The notes below the pieces were generated by a model. It saw only the letters and a list, made by a program, of their open reading frames with translations. It was not told the origin of the DNA and did not search any database. Positions 13,517 to 28,185 of a stretch of 64,000 nt of DNA are shown here, piece by piece; position 1 is the first letter of the stretch, and each line of letters opens with the position of its first letter. The DNA is from Ostrea edulis (taxonomy: Eukaryota). A program made the translations under genes and the position numbers. Location of the stretch: positions 12,090,001 to 12,154,000 of the forward strand of contig NC_079168.1 of assembly GCF_947568905.1 (NCBI RefSeq), read 5' to 3'.

Positions 13517-15563
13517 ACAAGAGGCCCACAGGCCTTATCGGTCACCTGAGTATTAGGTAAAAGTATCACTAGCCCCAAAGGCTATGAATCTAGGGAAAAA
13601 AATTCCTGTTCTGCATATCTAAATAAAAATTCTGATATTCAGCAAATAAAACAAATTGTATTCATTAAACTTAATTGCCCCTGAAACTGGTGAAAGACTT
13701 AACATAATATGATATATGTAACATTAATTTAACACAATATGATTTATTTTGACCTATCCAAGAGTAAAACTCCCAGCGTTGCCAAGGTCACAATTTTGGT
13801 ACACCCTTTTCTGCTTTCCCTAAATAATATATAGTTTTTTACTGTTTCAACAAAATTAAAGAAGTCTTTCAAATGATAAAGACAATAATCATAATAATTT
13901 TGGTCCCACACTGGAACCAAAACCCCTGAGATCATGAAATTTACAATTTTGGTAAAGAACTACTTAAAACGTTTTACACATATACACTATATACTGGCGG
14001 TATACACCAAGTTTGGCCCTGCCCTGAAGTCAGAACCTCTACCTCGGGGATCATGAAATCTATACATTTACATCTACATCACTATTCATTTAGTTTTTCT
14101 TATCGCAATTCACCTTTGAATTAGAACGCTTTGGCTGATATAGTATTGCGTTGTGTGACGACACAATTGAATCTGTTTGTAATACAATTGCGAAATGCAA
14201 CAGAAACTCTCATTGGTCCATATGTATAAGTCCGCCCAAATTCCCTTATACGGGAGTAGTCAGCATTTGAAAACATGACGGCCAGATGCTAGATGGAGAA
14301 AAACTTCAAAGGAAGAAAGAGAAAAAGTTGTATTCTTGTGTTGTTGTCTCATAAATTTAATATAAAAAAATTCCTAACATATTTTCCTACTATACTTGTG
14401 TCCAAACATACCTTCAAATATTTATTAAAGCCCCATACGACCCAAAAACTCGATCACAGCTTTTGATGATTTCGTTCGTAGACGTAGCCATGTTAGGTAG
14501 CCAGTCAATTCGAATCCCGGTTCATTTCCATACTGGCACAATAGTGTCTAGATGTGTACTAATTCCCCACAAATATTTTAACTAAATTGTTTAAATAATA
14601 TACCACCCCAGTCCTATTAAATGATAATTACTCAAAAAGCTAAACTCATGGCAGTGCGGCTTTCACTAGTCATGAGCGGCCGCGCCGGCCGATCTCCATC
14701 TAATGGGCTTATGTAGCATTTTCGTTCATCTAGAGCTTATTTTACCTAATTACAAAAATTGGTACAAAAATGTTTTAATTTCTATTAATTATTCGTGTTG
14801 ATAATAAATGAAGAGCGAATACATAATTTACAACCGATTTTATGAATAGATACCAATAGCATGAGTTCGAATTGACCGGCTAACTAACATGGCTACGTCA
14901 ACAAATGAAATCATTTGAAGCTGCGAGTTTTCGGGTGGTGTGTGGCTTTAATGAATATTTGAAGGTATGTTTGGACGCAAGTATATAGTAGGAAAATGTG
15001 TTAAGATTTTTTTATATTGAGTTTATGAGACAGCAACACAAGAATACACCGATTTCAGGCCTCAACCGTCCGCTGCTTTTTGTGACCCGTAAATCGAAGG
15101 TTTTTTATAAGAGGTGGATCTTTTCAGAGAGCTATGTACAGTTCTCCAGCAACACTGAATCCGCTCGAGAAAGTGGGCGGGCTGTAATCGGCCAATGAAA
15201 ACTCTTGTTGTATTACATCAAACATGTCATTCAAATTGTTCAATCGTCTCATTCAATTGTGTCGTCACACAACGCAATACTATATCGGGTAAAGCGTTCT
15301 AATTCAAAGGTGAATTGCGATAAAGGTGTTGTACAGTTGTAGAGAAGATTTTTAAATATTGGTCAATGTTTGGCAATTTTTACCTTGACCCTAAGGGGTG
15401 CAGAAACCCTGAAATTTATATCTTATGTCCCCTTGTCCCAAAGATGCTTCATACCAAATTTAAAAAGAACTGGAACAGTAGTTATCAAGAAGAAGTAAAA
15501 CTGTTCAATTAATAAGGCATGTTTGTTGCTGACCAACCTAGCTGAGTGTACTCAAGTGCCCTA
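13517..15563 (+). repeat. HINE-like repeat, interrupted by the 14103-15320 insertion
   Basis: Starts ACAAGAGGCCC...TCACCTGAG and shares long stretches with 58763-59624. Confidence 0.5.
14103..15320. mobile_element. Long-TIR foldback element with TA target duplication (1.2 kb)
   Basis: Ends TCGCAATTCACCTTTGAATTAGAACGCTT at both termini. The mirror symmetry extends about 450 bp inward. TA flanks both ends. Confidence 0.75.
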
Positions 15564-17687
15564 ATAAAAACACCATACAAATTCACCTATTTATGAATTC
15601 TGCACTAACTAGAACAGGCATAAAGTTCTACCATAATTAAATTGTGTATTGATGGACAATGAATAATGCATGCAATTCACCATATTAACTTGAATCATGC
15701 ATAATATCGGGTTTTGAGTAGAAAATTAAGACCAAATTATACATACCCCCAATATCAGCTACCTTCCCACAACACAGTTTTGTCATTCCTGACAACTACA
15801 GATCCATATGTTCAATGACAAAGCTAGGTTACAGTCATCATAACATGCATTTCAACATGCGTGTATACATTTTCAGATATTTCAGAAAAGAGTGGAACTT
15901 TTCGACCTGTTTTTTTTGTTGAAAAGACGTTTCTCTCCGAGACTGACAATTATCAACTGATCAATGATGTATTTCTTTCTGTGCCTGCACAAAGTAATGG
16001 AGGACTATTAACATGAATAATGAAATCTTCTTAACATCTTGTTATCAATAGAACAATGCGTCATGAAATATTCATCCCTGTTGATCATGTGTATGAAAAC
16101 TACAACTGAAGCACAGAGGAGAAAAAATAACAGATTGATCAAATATCGGATCAATCCATAAAATATTGAATCAGAGTCAATGCTCTGAAAAAACAGCAGG
16201 TGAAAACAACCATGGAATGAAGCACTCACTGGAGCGGCTTCAGTCCTTTGTTTGGAACACTTTGAGTGTACACTGGTCCCTTTCAGTAAATGTACTATGT
16301 TCAGACTCTGTAACTTTGTTACTGTTGCGGATAATGATATATACACACAGAGATCCAATTTCACTGTGACGATTGTCACTTGCTCATATCAATGAAACGA
16401 AGAACAATTTTATTACTTAATTCTCTGAAGGAATTAAGCTTTCTGCTTGATGTTCGGTTAATATAATAATTGATGATTCACTAAAACTAAAGTCTTTCAA
16501 CCATGATTTGCATAACATCTGTGGAAACGGGACAAGATAAACTATATATGCACATAATTCAATTTACCGGTTCATCGGAGAAACTAGGAAGTGGAAACTT
16601 AGAAAGATGTGTAGTACTTCAACTGGTGCATCTAGTCTAATGAGAAAACTGGCAACACACAATATCAAGTGATTTATGGAGTCGTATTACAAAATAGCAC
16701 TGAAACTCTTCATTACAATAAACATCTGAGGGAGACGTGCACCTCTTCTGATTAATATTAACCGAACACAGAAAATCTGCAAAGCAAGTAAATATTGACT
16801 GCATAATAAAGACAGCAGTGACACACAAACATAGAACTCTTTGACCTACTTCAGCAGAGACAGGGGGAGGAGGGGGGATAGGTGTCATGTTAATATAAGA
16901 CAATTACATATCTTGCTTTGGCAACAATTAACTAAATGAAAGTTTGCATGTTTGCCTGTTGGAGGTGTTCTTCGACCTAATTAGTTACACACAGTAAAAC
17001 AAAGTTACAATGATTAATTAATCATAATACAGAATCAAGAAACCAACTCGTTATCAAATGAATTTTATTCCCCACGATTAGCAAAACCATACAAGAGACC
17101 CATGGACTGCAACACTCACCTGAGTCAACCTGGTCCTGCCATTCTTCAAAAGAAGACTTCTTGCGAAAGAATTTCAACCCATATTATGACCCCACCTAAG
17201 CCGGGATCATTACTTAACCACAGAACATAGTGATGCCCTATATTCCCCTATATTCATGATTCACATAAAATCTATCTCCGATTTTAGCCCCACCCTTACC
17301 CCATGGTCCATATTTTTTTCATTCGAAGCAGATTTTCAAATTTGCCCCCATACATTCTTTGATCTCTTATTGTGGCCTCATCCAACCTCTGGGAGCCACA
17401 AGTTGAACAAGCTTGATTCTGCATTACCTGAAGATGCTTGCATATTAATATGGCTGATGGTCCTGTTGCTCTTTAAAAAAAGATTTTCAAAGTTTTTTCT
17501 CTCTACATATATCCCAAAATAAAATTTTTATCCTTTACAGTGGCCCCATCCTACCCACCACGGTTGTGATTTGAACAAACTTGAGCACTACCTGAGGATG
17601 CTTGCATGTAAATTTCCCTTACCAATTCCCGGTTGTTTTTGAGAAGATTTTAAAAGATTTTTTTCGACATATCCCCATGTAAAGCTG

Positions 17688-17812
17688 ATCTCCTATTGTG
17701 GCCCTATCCTACCCCCAGGGGCCATAATCTGAACAATATTGAATCTTTATCTCCTATTGTGGCCCTATCCTACCCCCTAGGGGCCATAATCTGAACAATA
17801 TTGAATCTTTAT
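17688..17812. repeat. 61-bp tandem duplication within a HINE-like repeat
   Basis: ATCTCCTATTGTGGCCC...GAATCTTT occurs twice (17688, 17749). Confidence 0.8.
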
Positions 17813-19285
17813 CTTTATGGAATCTTTCGCAAAATTTTTGTTTTTTCTGGCTTAGTGGTTCTTGAGAAGGATGCAGATGGAAAATGAAATATATTGAATG
17901 CAGGCAGCATGCAATCAATGATAAATTGTGTCCCCATCACAGTTATCAAATCCCTCAAATGCCATCGTCTCTGCCATATGCAACAAGAACTGTCCCTGTG
18001 GGACTAATAACCCCCGCAGGACACATCGGATGGTGAGAAATAGTAAATTTGTACTCATTGAAGAATAAACACATCCTTTTGACATAAAGATTCTTGAGAG
18101 CAATTAATGTAAATGCAAGACTATATATTCTGCAGCAGAGTGTTACTCAGAATATTGAAGATATGCTTAATAATTTCTGAATAATATTACATGAATAACT
18201 ACTATTCAGTGTACTTGAGCCAGAAAACACATCTTTTATTAACAAAATCATCCATAGACAGATGGACAGACAAACAGAATGATGATTCCATTCTACCCTC
18301 TCCTAAACTAATGCAGTAGTCTCTGTGAAAGAACAGATCATTATAAAATGTAAAAGAGAATGACTAGGTCAATGAAGTTGGAAAAAATAACAATAAAATG
18401 AAAATATCCATAACTTCCTTGAATGTTTAAGAATCTTGATAAAAATGACAGGAGTACAACTTCATTATATACATAATATATACACAAAGTTTGAAATATA
18501 CTCTGTAAACTAACAACACACCACCACCCCACCCCAAAATTGGGGGAGGGGGATCCATAACTTCCTTGAATATTAAAATATCTCGATCAAAATAGCAGGT
18601 GTACAACATCATTATTTATAAGTTTTAATGAAATCTGTTCATTGGTGTTTAAGATAACTTCTGGACAAATGATGTCTACGGACAAATGGATGGACGGACA
18701 GACAATGTGATTCATTTTTGGGGGTATAGTAAATGAAATCATACAGTTGATCATGCTTGAAACTTACCTATCGGCTTTTCCTTTTTCCAAAACTGCATGA
18801 TGAGGCTACACTGCAAAAGAACATACCTTCCAACTGATCAATTCTGTCCCAATATTTCTACAACTTGCAATTTCTATACAGAGTCAATGAAACCTTTCTC
18901 TAAAACAATACCATGGTATCCAATGACTGTCTCTTGTTTGGCAGAAGGGCGTGTCATTGTTCAATCTAAACCTGAGCAAAAATGTTTGGAATTTATAAAT
19001 ACATGTACTGGTCAAATTTCCCTTACCTGATTCCCACATCAAGCCAGTCTCACACTTCCTTCCAACACATCATCAGGGGCTGAAACAAAACACAACTGTC
19101 ATCATTAACAGGATCAAACTATCTGTGTACTTACAACGTTTAATATGCTCAACAGTAGATATTGTAGATGTTTGTCAAAAAACCAATAATTTCTATGACA
19201 TCATTAAAATAATATGCATGCATGCATCATATTCTCTGCTATAGGATTAAATCATCAGTTATATTTAGATGGAAACACCCGTTCT

Positions 19286-19628
19286 GCTTAAATAGCATGT
19301 TTCCTGTTATCTCCTTGGTCACTTAATGCATATGACAATGCAGCTGCTTTTAAATAGAGACAATTCATTGCACTGATTGTTGGATACCTATCAAATGAAC
19401 ATTAAATTGTTCAAGACTATCTATAATTAACCAAAACACACGAAAACTTGACCCATTTTGCTTAAATAGCATGTTTCCTGTTATCTCGTGGGTCTCTTAA
19501 TGCATATGACAATGCAGTTGCTTTTAAATAGAGACAATTCATTGCACTGATTGTTGGACACCTATCAAATGAACATTAAATTGTTCAAGACTATCTATAA
19601 TTAACCAAAACACATGGAAACTTGACCC
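19286..19628. repeat. 174-bp tandem duplication
   Basis: Near-identical copies start at 19286 and 19460. Confidence 0.85.
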
Positions 19629-20384
19629 CCGACCCCCGTCAGACCATCATATACTATGTAGATATATGTAAGTATATAAATTCATTGAAAGACATCTTAG
19701 AATTCATTTTCTAATTGTCCTGAATTCTGAGATTTTTACCACACTCTAGTTAAACATTTATGAAGTTTTCCACCTACACATAATCTGACAGCTGTGGCAG
19801 AAATTGTAAAATAACACCAAAACTGATATTCATAAACAACAGCTACCCCCCAAATAAAGATCGAAACCTTTCAGCAGAATGACATATACTTACAGCTTGG
19901 TAGATTAGTGGAACAGAACGGTCACCTCAATAATGAGCTCAACACCGCATGTCCACCATACATCATATTAATAAGTTTGCATCAACTATAATTTAGGGTT
20001 GAATGTCGCCACGTAAAGTAGACTTGGCTCAACCCTAAACCTTTAACAAAATTTTAACATTCTTTCATTTACTGTCGTTAAAATTTAAGCAGTGTCAATA
20101 TTTAAATATGTGACAGTGTTAACTAAGTATGCGTGTAAGAACTGTATACTATCAAATTTATCCCTGTGTCCTAGATATAAAGAATTTTCTCGCATGTCGA
20201 TTTTTTTATTAGACATTTTTATCAAGCAATTATTGTAAAAGCATTAATGGGGGGGGGGGGGTGTTAAAATTTCATTGTCTTTATGATTATGGACTTACCT
20301 GCTAACTCGAGAAATTGAACTACAATCAACAATTAAGAAAAACTTTTTGCTAAACCACAAAAATTTTAACCCATGGATAAATCA

Positions 20385-20510
20385 GAACAATATCTTTATA
20401 GACCGAACATAATATATTTGTAGACAGAACATATCTTTATAGACAGAACATATCTTTGTAAACAGAACACATCTTTGTAAACAGAACATAAATATCTTTG
20501 TAGACAGAAT
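20385..20510. repeat. Minisatellite, unit about 19-23 bp (AGACAGAACATATCTTTGT)
   Basis: About six units visible. Confidence 0.7.
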
Positions 20511-22624
20511 GTATTTGATTCCTATTCCTACATGTCACGTCTCAAGTAATGTCTATCATCAGATGCATGAAAGCTCTACCAAACCAAACATTTGGTCATT
20601 GACATATGGGTTCTCGCAATGCAGAGTTGGGTGAGGCAAGAATTTAATACATCTTTCATATTTGACACAGTGATTAACATAATCATTTCGAAATAATCTA
20701 CTGAAACCACTAGAATCAGTGAAAACAACCCCTACTCCTTCTGAAAGGGGATCCATGCTGTTTCCTTTTCACTCACCTACCTTCATCCTCGCTCCCCAAA
20801 AACAGTGGATGACCAATGCCATATTCTCCAGTCTAGACAATCTGTTCCACTTACTTTCCTCAGCAACAACTTGTGTGTACAAATATCATAATAAACATGC
20901 AGTTGTTTGAACTTCAAACAGAAGCATAACCAAAGACACTATTGACAATACAAACAGCTATATCATGTTATTCATGAATTAATGAATGCCATGTGAATCT
21001 GCATCCCTAGAAACTTTCCAACAATGACATCATGTTTATTTTTCAGACAGGGTCGTTAACCCACTGTTTACCTCTACTAAATAAGAAGAGTACAATATTA
21101 GTATCCATTGCACTGCCTGGGTTTACAAACACACCATGATGATATCTAAATCATTCAAATCCGACTTTTGGAAAATCTTTTTTTAAAGTTCCAACACCAA
21201 ATTACTGCAAAAATGTATGTGTTCAATATATCTAAAGATTAATTAATGTATATCTTAAAAATTCTTAAATTTTCACCTTTAGGAATACTGCAGGCTTCAA
21301 AACGATTGAAAATGCTTAAAGGATTTATATACAGAATGCAACTGAGAGCCAAAGGACATGCATATGGAAACTCATCAATTCAACTCCACTTCCACCCACC
21401 TAGTGGTTACCATGGTAACAAGCACTTCCTTAATTCCCTACGTCTGTCAACACCTAATTTTCTGTTATCATCTCAACTATTTACACAACATTCCCCCTCC
21501 AAAACAGATCATCAGCTTCCAATTATCTATTTACATTCTGATTCACGAACACTTCACCTGCATAAAACTTTTCCTGCTACCTTGCGTCAAACAACCAGAA
21601 GAACAATATTGTGACAATCAAAGAATTTTTATTAAACAAAATATAGCTTCAGTACAGCTGCTCCTTTTAATCTCGCCATGATTCCAATATTTTTACTGTT
21701 CCTCAATAGAGCTAGAGTATAAAACAGTACTTCACTTATTATCAAGCGCAGCAGGCTTTAGTGTCCAAGGGTACAAATGTACACTGCCTGTTCTTATAGG
21801 ACATGTAGAGGGACATAGCAATGATATAGACACAACATAGTAAAAACACAAACTCACTATACTATACACTCAAATACGTTAAACAAACACTGCTCTATTA
21901 TGTGAACAAAAAAGTCCATTGTAATCCAATTCCGCTTATTTTCATACCATCATGCATGACACAGTATAGAGGTACAGTACGTTTAATTATATTAACTGCC
22001 TTGAAATGCAGTGCTGGTTAACAATTACATATTAGTGACTGAATTTTTAAGAGCTGTTAATGACGGTAATTCGTATTTAAAGTGGATGGGTATGTTTTAA
22101 GAGTTTCTAAGTACAGACATTAACTGAGTTACACAAAAAAACATGTTACAATTAGTTCTCAACTTCTCCGTGATGTCTTCAACCAGCTTGTAACAAAACC
22201 ATCTGTTATCTTACTGACATTAATAAGTGTACTGAAATCTACATACACTCCCTCGGGATCTTCCCATCCTCTTGGTGACATCATTTCAATACACATGTAC
22301 ATTATTCATATTAAACAAAGCGTTACATACTATCCGCTATGGTACTCAAGTCAACATGCCCATCCGGAAATGTACATTGACGCTCACTGTTTTTACAAGT
22401 ACCCAAAGTGACCTTCTAACATGAAATTCTGACAAAGCCCACCTTATGATCTGATAAGTGATATACTTGTAAAGTTAATAAGTAACAAATCAACAGAAAA
22501 TGTAATATAATAAAGCATATTGAATTTACTTCAATGAATTTGTATATAAGCAGTTCTCCTTTAAATGCCTTTCCTATTTTTCTACATTTTCTAAAGAACA
22601 TCACATGACACCTATAGAATCAAC

Positions 22625-23550
22625 ACACCTACGACACAAACCCAACAAACACACACACCCCCAACCACATCCCCTAGACAAACCCAACAAACACACACAC
22701 CCCCAACCCCATCCCCTAGACAAACCCAACAAACACCCCCCCCCAACCCCATCCCCTAGACAAACCCAACAAACACACACCTCCCCAACCCCATCCCCTA
22801 GACAAACCCATCAAACACCCCCCCAACCCCATCCCCTAGACAAACCCAACAAACACATCCCAACCCCATCCCCTAGACAAACCCAACAAACACCCCCAAC
22901 CCCATCCCCTAGACAAACCCAACAAACACACATCCCAACCCCATCCCCTAGACAAACCCAACAAACACACACCTCCCCAACCCCATCCCCTAAACAAACC
23001 CAACAAACACACACACCCCCAACCCCTAGACAAACCCATCAAACACACTCCCCCAACCCCTAGACAAACCCAACAAACACACACACCCCCAACCCCTAGA
23101 CAAACCCAACAAACACGAACACCCCCAACCCCTAGACAAACCCAACAAACACACATACCCCCAACCCCTAGACAAACCCAACAAACACACATACCCCCAT
23201 CCCCATCCCCTAGACAAACCCAACAAACACACACACACCCAACCCCATCCCCTAGACAAACCCAACAAACACACCCCCAACCCCATCCCCTAGACAAACC
23301 CAACAAACACACACACCCCCAACCCCATCCCCTAGACAAACCCATCAAACACACTCCCCCAACCCCTAGACAAACCCAACAAACACACACACCCCATCCC
23401 CTAGACAAACCCAACAAACACACACACCCCCAACCCCATCCCCTAGACAAACCCATCAAACACACTCCCCCAACCCCTAGACAAACCCAACAAACACACA
23501 CACCCCATCCCCTAGACAAACCCAACAAACACACACACCCAACCCCTAGA
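22625..23550. repeat. C-rich minisatellite, unit about 30-37 bp (CCCCAACCCCATCCCCTAGACAAACCCAACAAACACACAC)
   Basis: Directly visible tandem array with an extreme C/A strand skew. Confidence 0.95.
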
Positions 23551-25098
23551 CTTTGAATATATTCAAATATATAAAACAAACATCGCTCAGTAATTATGTG
23601 AATAAAGATTCACCTGTAATCTATTTAATCTATTTTTTTAATAAATAAAATTCATAAATTAATTTAAACAATATTTCATTCAACACTGAATGGGATTGGG
23701 CAGTAGCATAAACCTATCTTTTAGCCTTCTATCTTCATAAATTTAGCTGTGTAACATGACCTACACTGTCAGATTTACAAAATCATGCAGTGTACTAACT
23801 AGTTCAAGTGAATAATTGATACAACCCTGAGTGTCAAAAAAGTTTTAAGACGAGACTTTGTATTTCCGAAAAAGTCAATTCATTTCACTTACCAAGTAGA
23901 ATTCAATTTTATCCAATACAGACTTCAAATGAAAGGACTCAAATTACTGAGATGATGCATCATTTATGAATTCAACTTTTACTAACATAATTTTGTGAAA
24001 ATGAATCCGATCCAGACCCACTAATCTTTATTGTGATTTTATTTTCAAAGAGACTCATCGGATTAAAAGGAAGTAAGCATTGCAACAACGTTAAAATTCA
24101 ATTTCGTGTTTCAGAAGCCATAATTTCAAAAAACTTTGTTGGATTAAAGTTTCCCGACAATATGCCAATCTTTATCATAACAAACATTCATGATTTATCT
24201 GACAGTTTAAGAGATGTTGCAACAACAAAATGTTTCCAATGAAAATTCTGGACACATCAAGAATGTACTAAACTTGTTGGGACCCTTATTCAGATCTATC
24301 ATAATGACTATATTTCCCCTTGTATATTTGATATTCTTAAATAATCCTTGCATAAAAAAATGATTCAAGCCATGAAAGCTAATCTAAAATTAAATCTTGA
24401 CAATTGCTGCATCTCGGGAAGGAGAGGTGTAATTGGCTGATAAATCAAATAGATTATGATGACCTCATTTTGGGACTTCGGTATGGCCATGCATAGCCAC
24501 ATATTCTATGTATTGCGCACTATTTAGTACAATGTAAGACATCTTGTAAACTGATCAATCTTGTCAGGGAGTGGTATTACTGGGTACTGGGTAGACTACG
24601 AAGGTCTCATTTGCCGAATCTGTCAGTCAGGGCCTGATCGGTCTCATATTTGATTGACAAGCAGTATGTTTTTTATCATAGTCCTGGTAAATTTCAAGGG
24701 AGGTGGCTTAAAAATTGGGACTTTAAGGCATTACTGTATACAGGAAAATTTTGCCTCGACATGCTATTTTTGCCCAATGGCATGCACAATGGAAAATGAT
24801 TTCTTCCAGGGACCAAAGTAGTGTCTTTCTACTTAAAGTAATGAACGAATTTCTATTCACTCAGTCTTAAAATCATTCATATAAAATAGGGGTGAAAAGG
24901 GGGAAAAAAACAGGTCAAATCTACCCTGTATTCAAAATATGATTTTACTTTGCACAGTGACATGAATTTCAAATTAGGTCATTATGACCTATTTTAGGTA
25001 GTGACAGATTTTCACACTGACGTAGGAACAAGAGACCTCTTATGATAGCGAATGCACCTGAACTGATTTGGTAATAGTAAAACATCATTCTGATTTTA

Positions 25099-25341
25099 CC
25101 AGTGGCAGTGGCTCAGTGCTTAAAGCATTTGCTTCGTGACTAGGAGGTTGTGAGTATGAGCTCTGTTTATGCTTTGTCCATGTCAAACCTAAGACATAAG
25201 AATAGACAGTGACTAATTCTTTTTGCCAAACACTCTGCATTTAAAACTGAGAGTTGCGGGTCTTTTGGACGAGACCTTAAAAACTGAGATCCCATATCAC
25301 GGCAGGCATTGACACAATGCAGAACCCTCACTGCTATGGCC
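25099..25341 (+). mobile_element. Degenerate tRNA-derived SINE fragment
   Basis: A-box-like TGGCTCAGTG at the 5' end. The body (GACCTTAAAAAC...GAACCCTCACTGCT) resembles oyster SINEs as I recall them. Confidence 0.45.
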
Positions 25342-25605
25342 ACATCTCAACATCCTTAAATCATCACAGATTTCTGAATTCCTAAGTTCATGCTTTACTT
25401 GATTTTTTCTCTCTCTTTTATGTGCCAAATGCTGCAAGCTGTTACTTTAAGCATTTTGAAGCAAACAATTTATTATTCTATGTTTCATTGATTATTTTGG
25501 ATGACATGTACCCTTTCTCCTTACAAGATGACACAATGAATTCATGTTTCCAAATACTATCAAGTAATGTTTAAAAATCATATAATACATCTTGTACATT
25601 GTTAA

Positions 25606-25923
25606 GGAGGTATGCTACACCAGAGAAATTTGATGTAGATGAAAAGTGGAGGATATGTACAATATTTTGAAGCTGAAAATTTTCAAATTTACTTTATTTT
25701 GTCAAAAAACACAGTTTTAGTAGAAGGTAATCTGGAAAAAAAAAATTTAAATCCCTGCTGGACTCGAACCTGCAACCTACAGTTCAGCAGTCGGTATTCT
25801 AGCCTACTGAGCTACTCTGCTAGGCAATTAAATGGAAAAGAAAAAGTCAAATATTGATGATATCGATTTTTTCATCCAAGTTTTTAAAGGAAGTCAGCCA
25901 TTATGACGATGTAGAGTACTACC
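25606..25923. mobile_element. Kolobok-like MITE containing a tRNA-like segment (25753-25820, minus strand)
   Basis: TTAA|GG...CC|TTAA with an imperfect 16-bp TIR. Internal TAGCTCAGTAGG and GGTTCGAGTCC boxes. Confidence 0.6.
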
Positions 25924-28035
25924 TTAAGTGTATATATGCAAGTAGACCAATAGATGACATTCAGTGTGAACAGAGTATGTACAATTTTGATATGCTTTAA
26001 ACAATTCTATCCTTCAGCAGCCATTGGTATCAACTTTCTGTGAACAGTGAAGTAGCAAAAAAGCTGCAGTAAACTTTGCTTACAACACATCTCAAGAGAC
26101 TGTTCAAAACATTATAAACACTGTATCCAGAAATATACGGACTGTTCCTATCTTCTGAAGTAGAAGAGTTCTAATACTTGTTGTGCCATAAACTACATTA
26201 TCTCTTTCAATCAACAAATTTTCTGCACAACATAGCATAGCATGATACCTGCATGATTACAGATTCACTGGCAATCACAACATCTTCTGATGTGGAGTAT
26301 TCAATATCATTATCTTTATGAAAACATTAATTTTTAGTATCAGCTCAGCAGAATTTTGATTTACTGTAAATAAAGAGATATTTCAAACTAAGCAATTCCA
26401 AATCAAAAGGGAAAGAATGCTGACATTTTTATATTAATTTTTTTTTCAAAATGACCAATTTCAACATAAGGGGAGTTTTGCTTCTTTGTATGTTGTTTCG
26501 CATCCCGTTTGAGAATTTTTTGCTCATACAGAGATCATCTACATCACCAGTTGTTGGTGAAGTGCCACAATTTTTTACCAATGCATGACACTCAAGGCCA
26601 TAGCAATGAGGGCTCTTTATCATACCATTCCTACCATAACATGAGAACTGCATTTTAAGGTCATATCTGAAATATCAGTGACTTTCAGTTGGAGAAGGAA
26701 CAATCACTAGACTCACAACCCATGTTAAATGTGACCACCAGGATTAATAAACAAACACAGGATCTCCCAGTTGAGCAAGCTGTAGAGTATTTCAACGCTA
26801 TCAATATGTGCATCAGACATGATAGAGTTTAATTTTAATCTTCAAACAACAATTGATCAAAACAAAGTATCATGTGACTACTTTTAACATTTCTGTATTT
26901 CATAGTTGTGCAGAAATGATTTCAAAATAAGGGCTGTTTGTTTTTTTATGAAACAATACACCATGGAGAACAAGATGTTGCAATAGTTATGATGGCCAAT
27001 AACTGTAAATTAGCCATTATGTTTATGTTAGAACAGGTGCTTTTATTACCTAGGACTGTCGTACGTTTTTAGCAGAACATAGTAATAAGATCATATAGTG
27101 ATAAAGTACAATTCATATACCTTATATGCTAAACTACCTTTTAACTGACCATGCTTTAAAGGAAGAATATTATACTCTATAAAAACAAATGCTATTTACA
27201 TGATATCTACATGTGTATACTGATGAGTATATTAGCTCTTCCCTACAATCAGCTTATGAAACATCAAGAAAAAATTTTGGGGTATGTAGTTTATCTATTT
27301 CAATTCTTTTTGTGAAATTCAAGTTCCTTCTTACTAACAAATAAACAGGAAATTTACACTTCAATGTTATATCAGCTTTTGAAGATTAATATCAAACGAT
27401 CAATAATTAATCATGAGCAGGAACATGTTCAGTGTTTTTAAACACAATTTGAATGTACTCAAAATCATTAAATCACTTATACAATTCTACTACCAGCTTA
27501 ACTAGAGAATATATCAAGAGTCAGTTTTTAATTAAAGCAGTAAGCAGAATATTCAGATCAATATTGAAGGCAATAAATCACATTATTCCTGTTTCAAGAA
27601 ATTACCTTTTCCTGCTGATACACAACACAATACAGCGTAAAAGATAAAGGTATTTACCAATCTTGCTGCCCACCACATACACTCACGCCACACGTGTAGA
27701 TTTCGAAATGCATGCGTGTTTACTTAATGCAGTAGTTGGCATAGCTACATTACGGAAGGAATGCTTTAGAATAAATTATTCCAAACATTCCTTTCTTTCT
27801 GTTTTTAAATAAGATATATAACTTCGGAATACATTTCTCTACTCTTATGCATTTGATAAACACACTGTCACACACCTAGTAAAACAAAGTGACGTCAAAA
27901 TATTTTTAGAGTTGTCTGTTTTAATAAATTATCGATTTCATTTTTGTGGTTCACTTCTTATTATATTCGAGCATTGAAGTTTAATATTCTAATAACATTT
28001 ATTGTACTAATAATCTTTGTTATGTAACCACTCAC

Positions 28036-28140
28036 CTGTTTGTTTTGTCACGGTGTAAACACTATGCGGATCAAATGTTACGTTTTCAACATAGCCGCCA
28101 TATTTGATCGGGTATTGGGGCCAGCGAAAGGGACACATTC
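28036..28140 (-). promoter_or_regulatory. Probable first exon/TSS region of an unidentified minus-strand transcript
   Basis: CpG-rich patch with a YY1-type GCCGCCATATTTG (28094-28106) and a strong donor CAG|GTGAGT ending at 28036. Confidence 0.45.
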
Positions 28141-28182
28141 ATCCGAACCCGACGTAAAATAAAGAGATTATATAACAGTCAG

Positions 28183-28185
<3 letters not shown>

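Noticed and set aside
18894-19079. Two minus-strand exon-like pieces joining into PLMMCWKEV*DWLDVGIRFRLNNDTPFCQ..., a possible selenocysteine TGA
   Set aside because: No selenoprotein motif that I recognise, the implied intron is only 55 nt, and I cannot identify a SECIS. SECISearch plus junction reads would reopen it.
22605-23579. Pro/Thr- and Gly/Cys-rich ORFs
   Set aside because: Artefacts of the C-rich minisatellite.
25753-25820. Functional tRNA gene
   Set aside because: A and B boxes are present, but the acceptor stem cannot pair and the segment lies within a MITE.
27220-27262. Hammerhead ribozyme (CTGATGA...GAAAC)
   Set aside because: No convincing stem II and no flanking helices.
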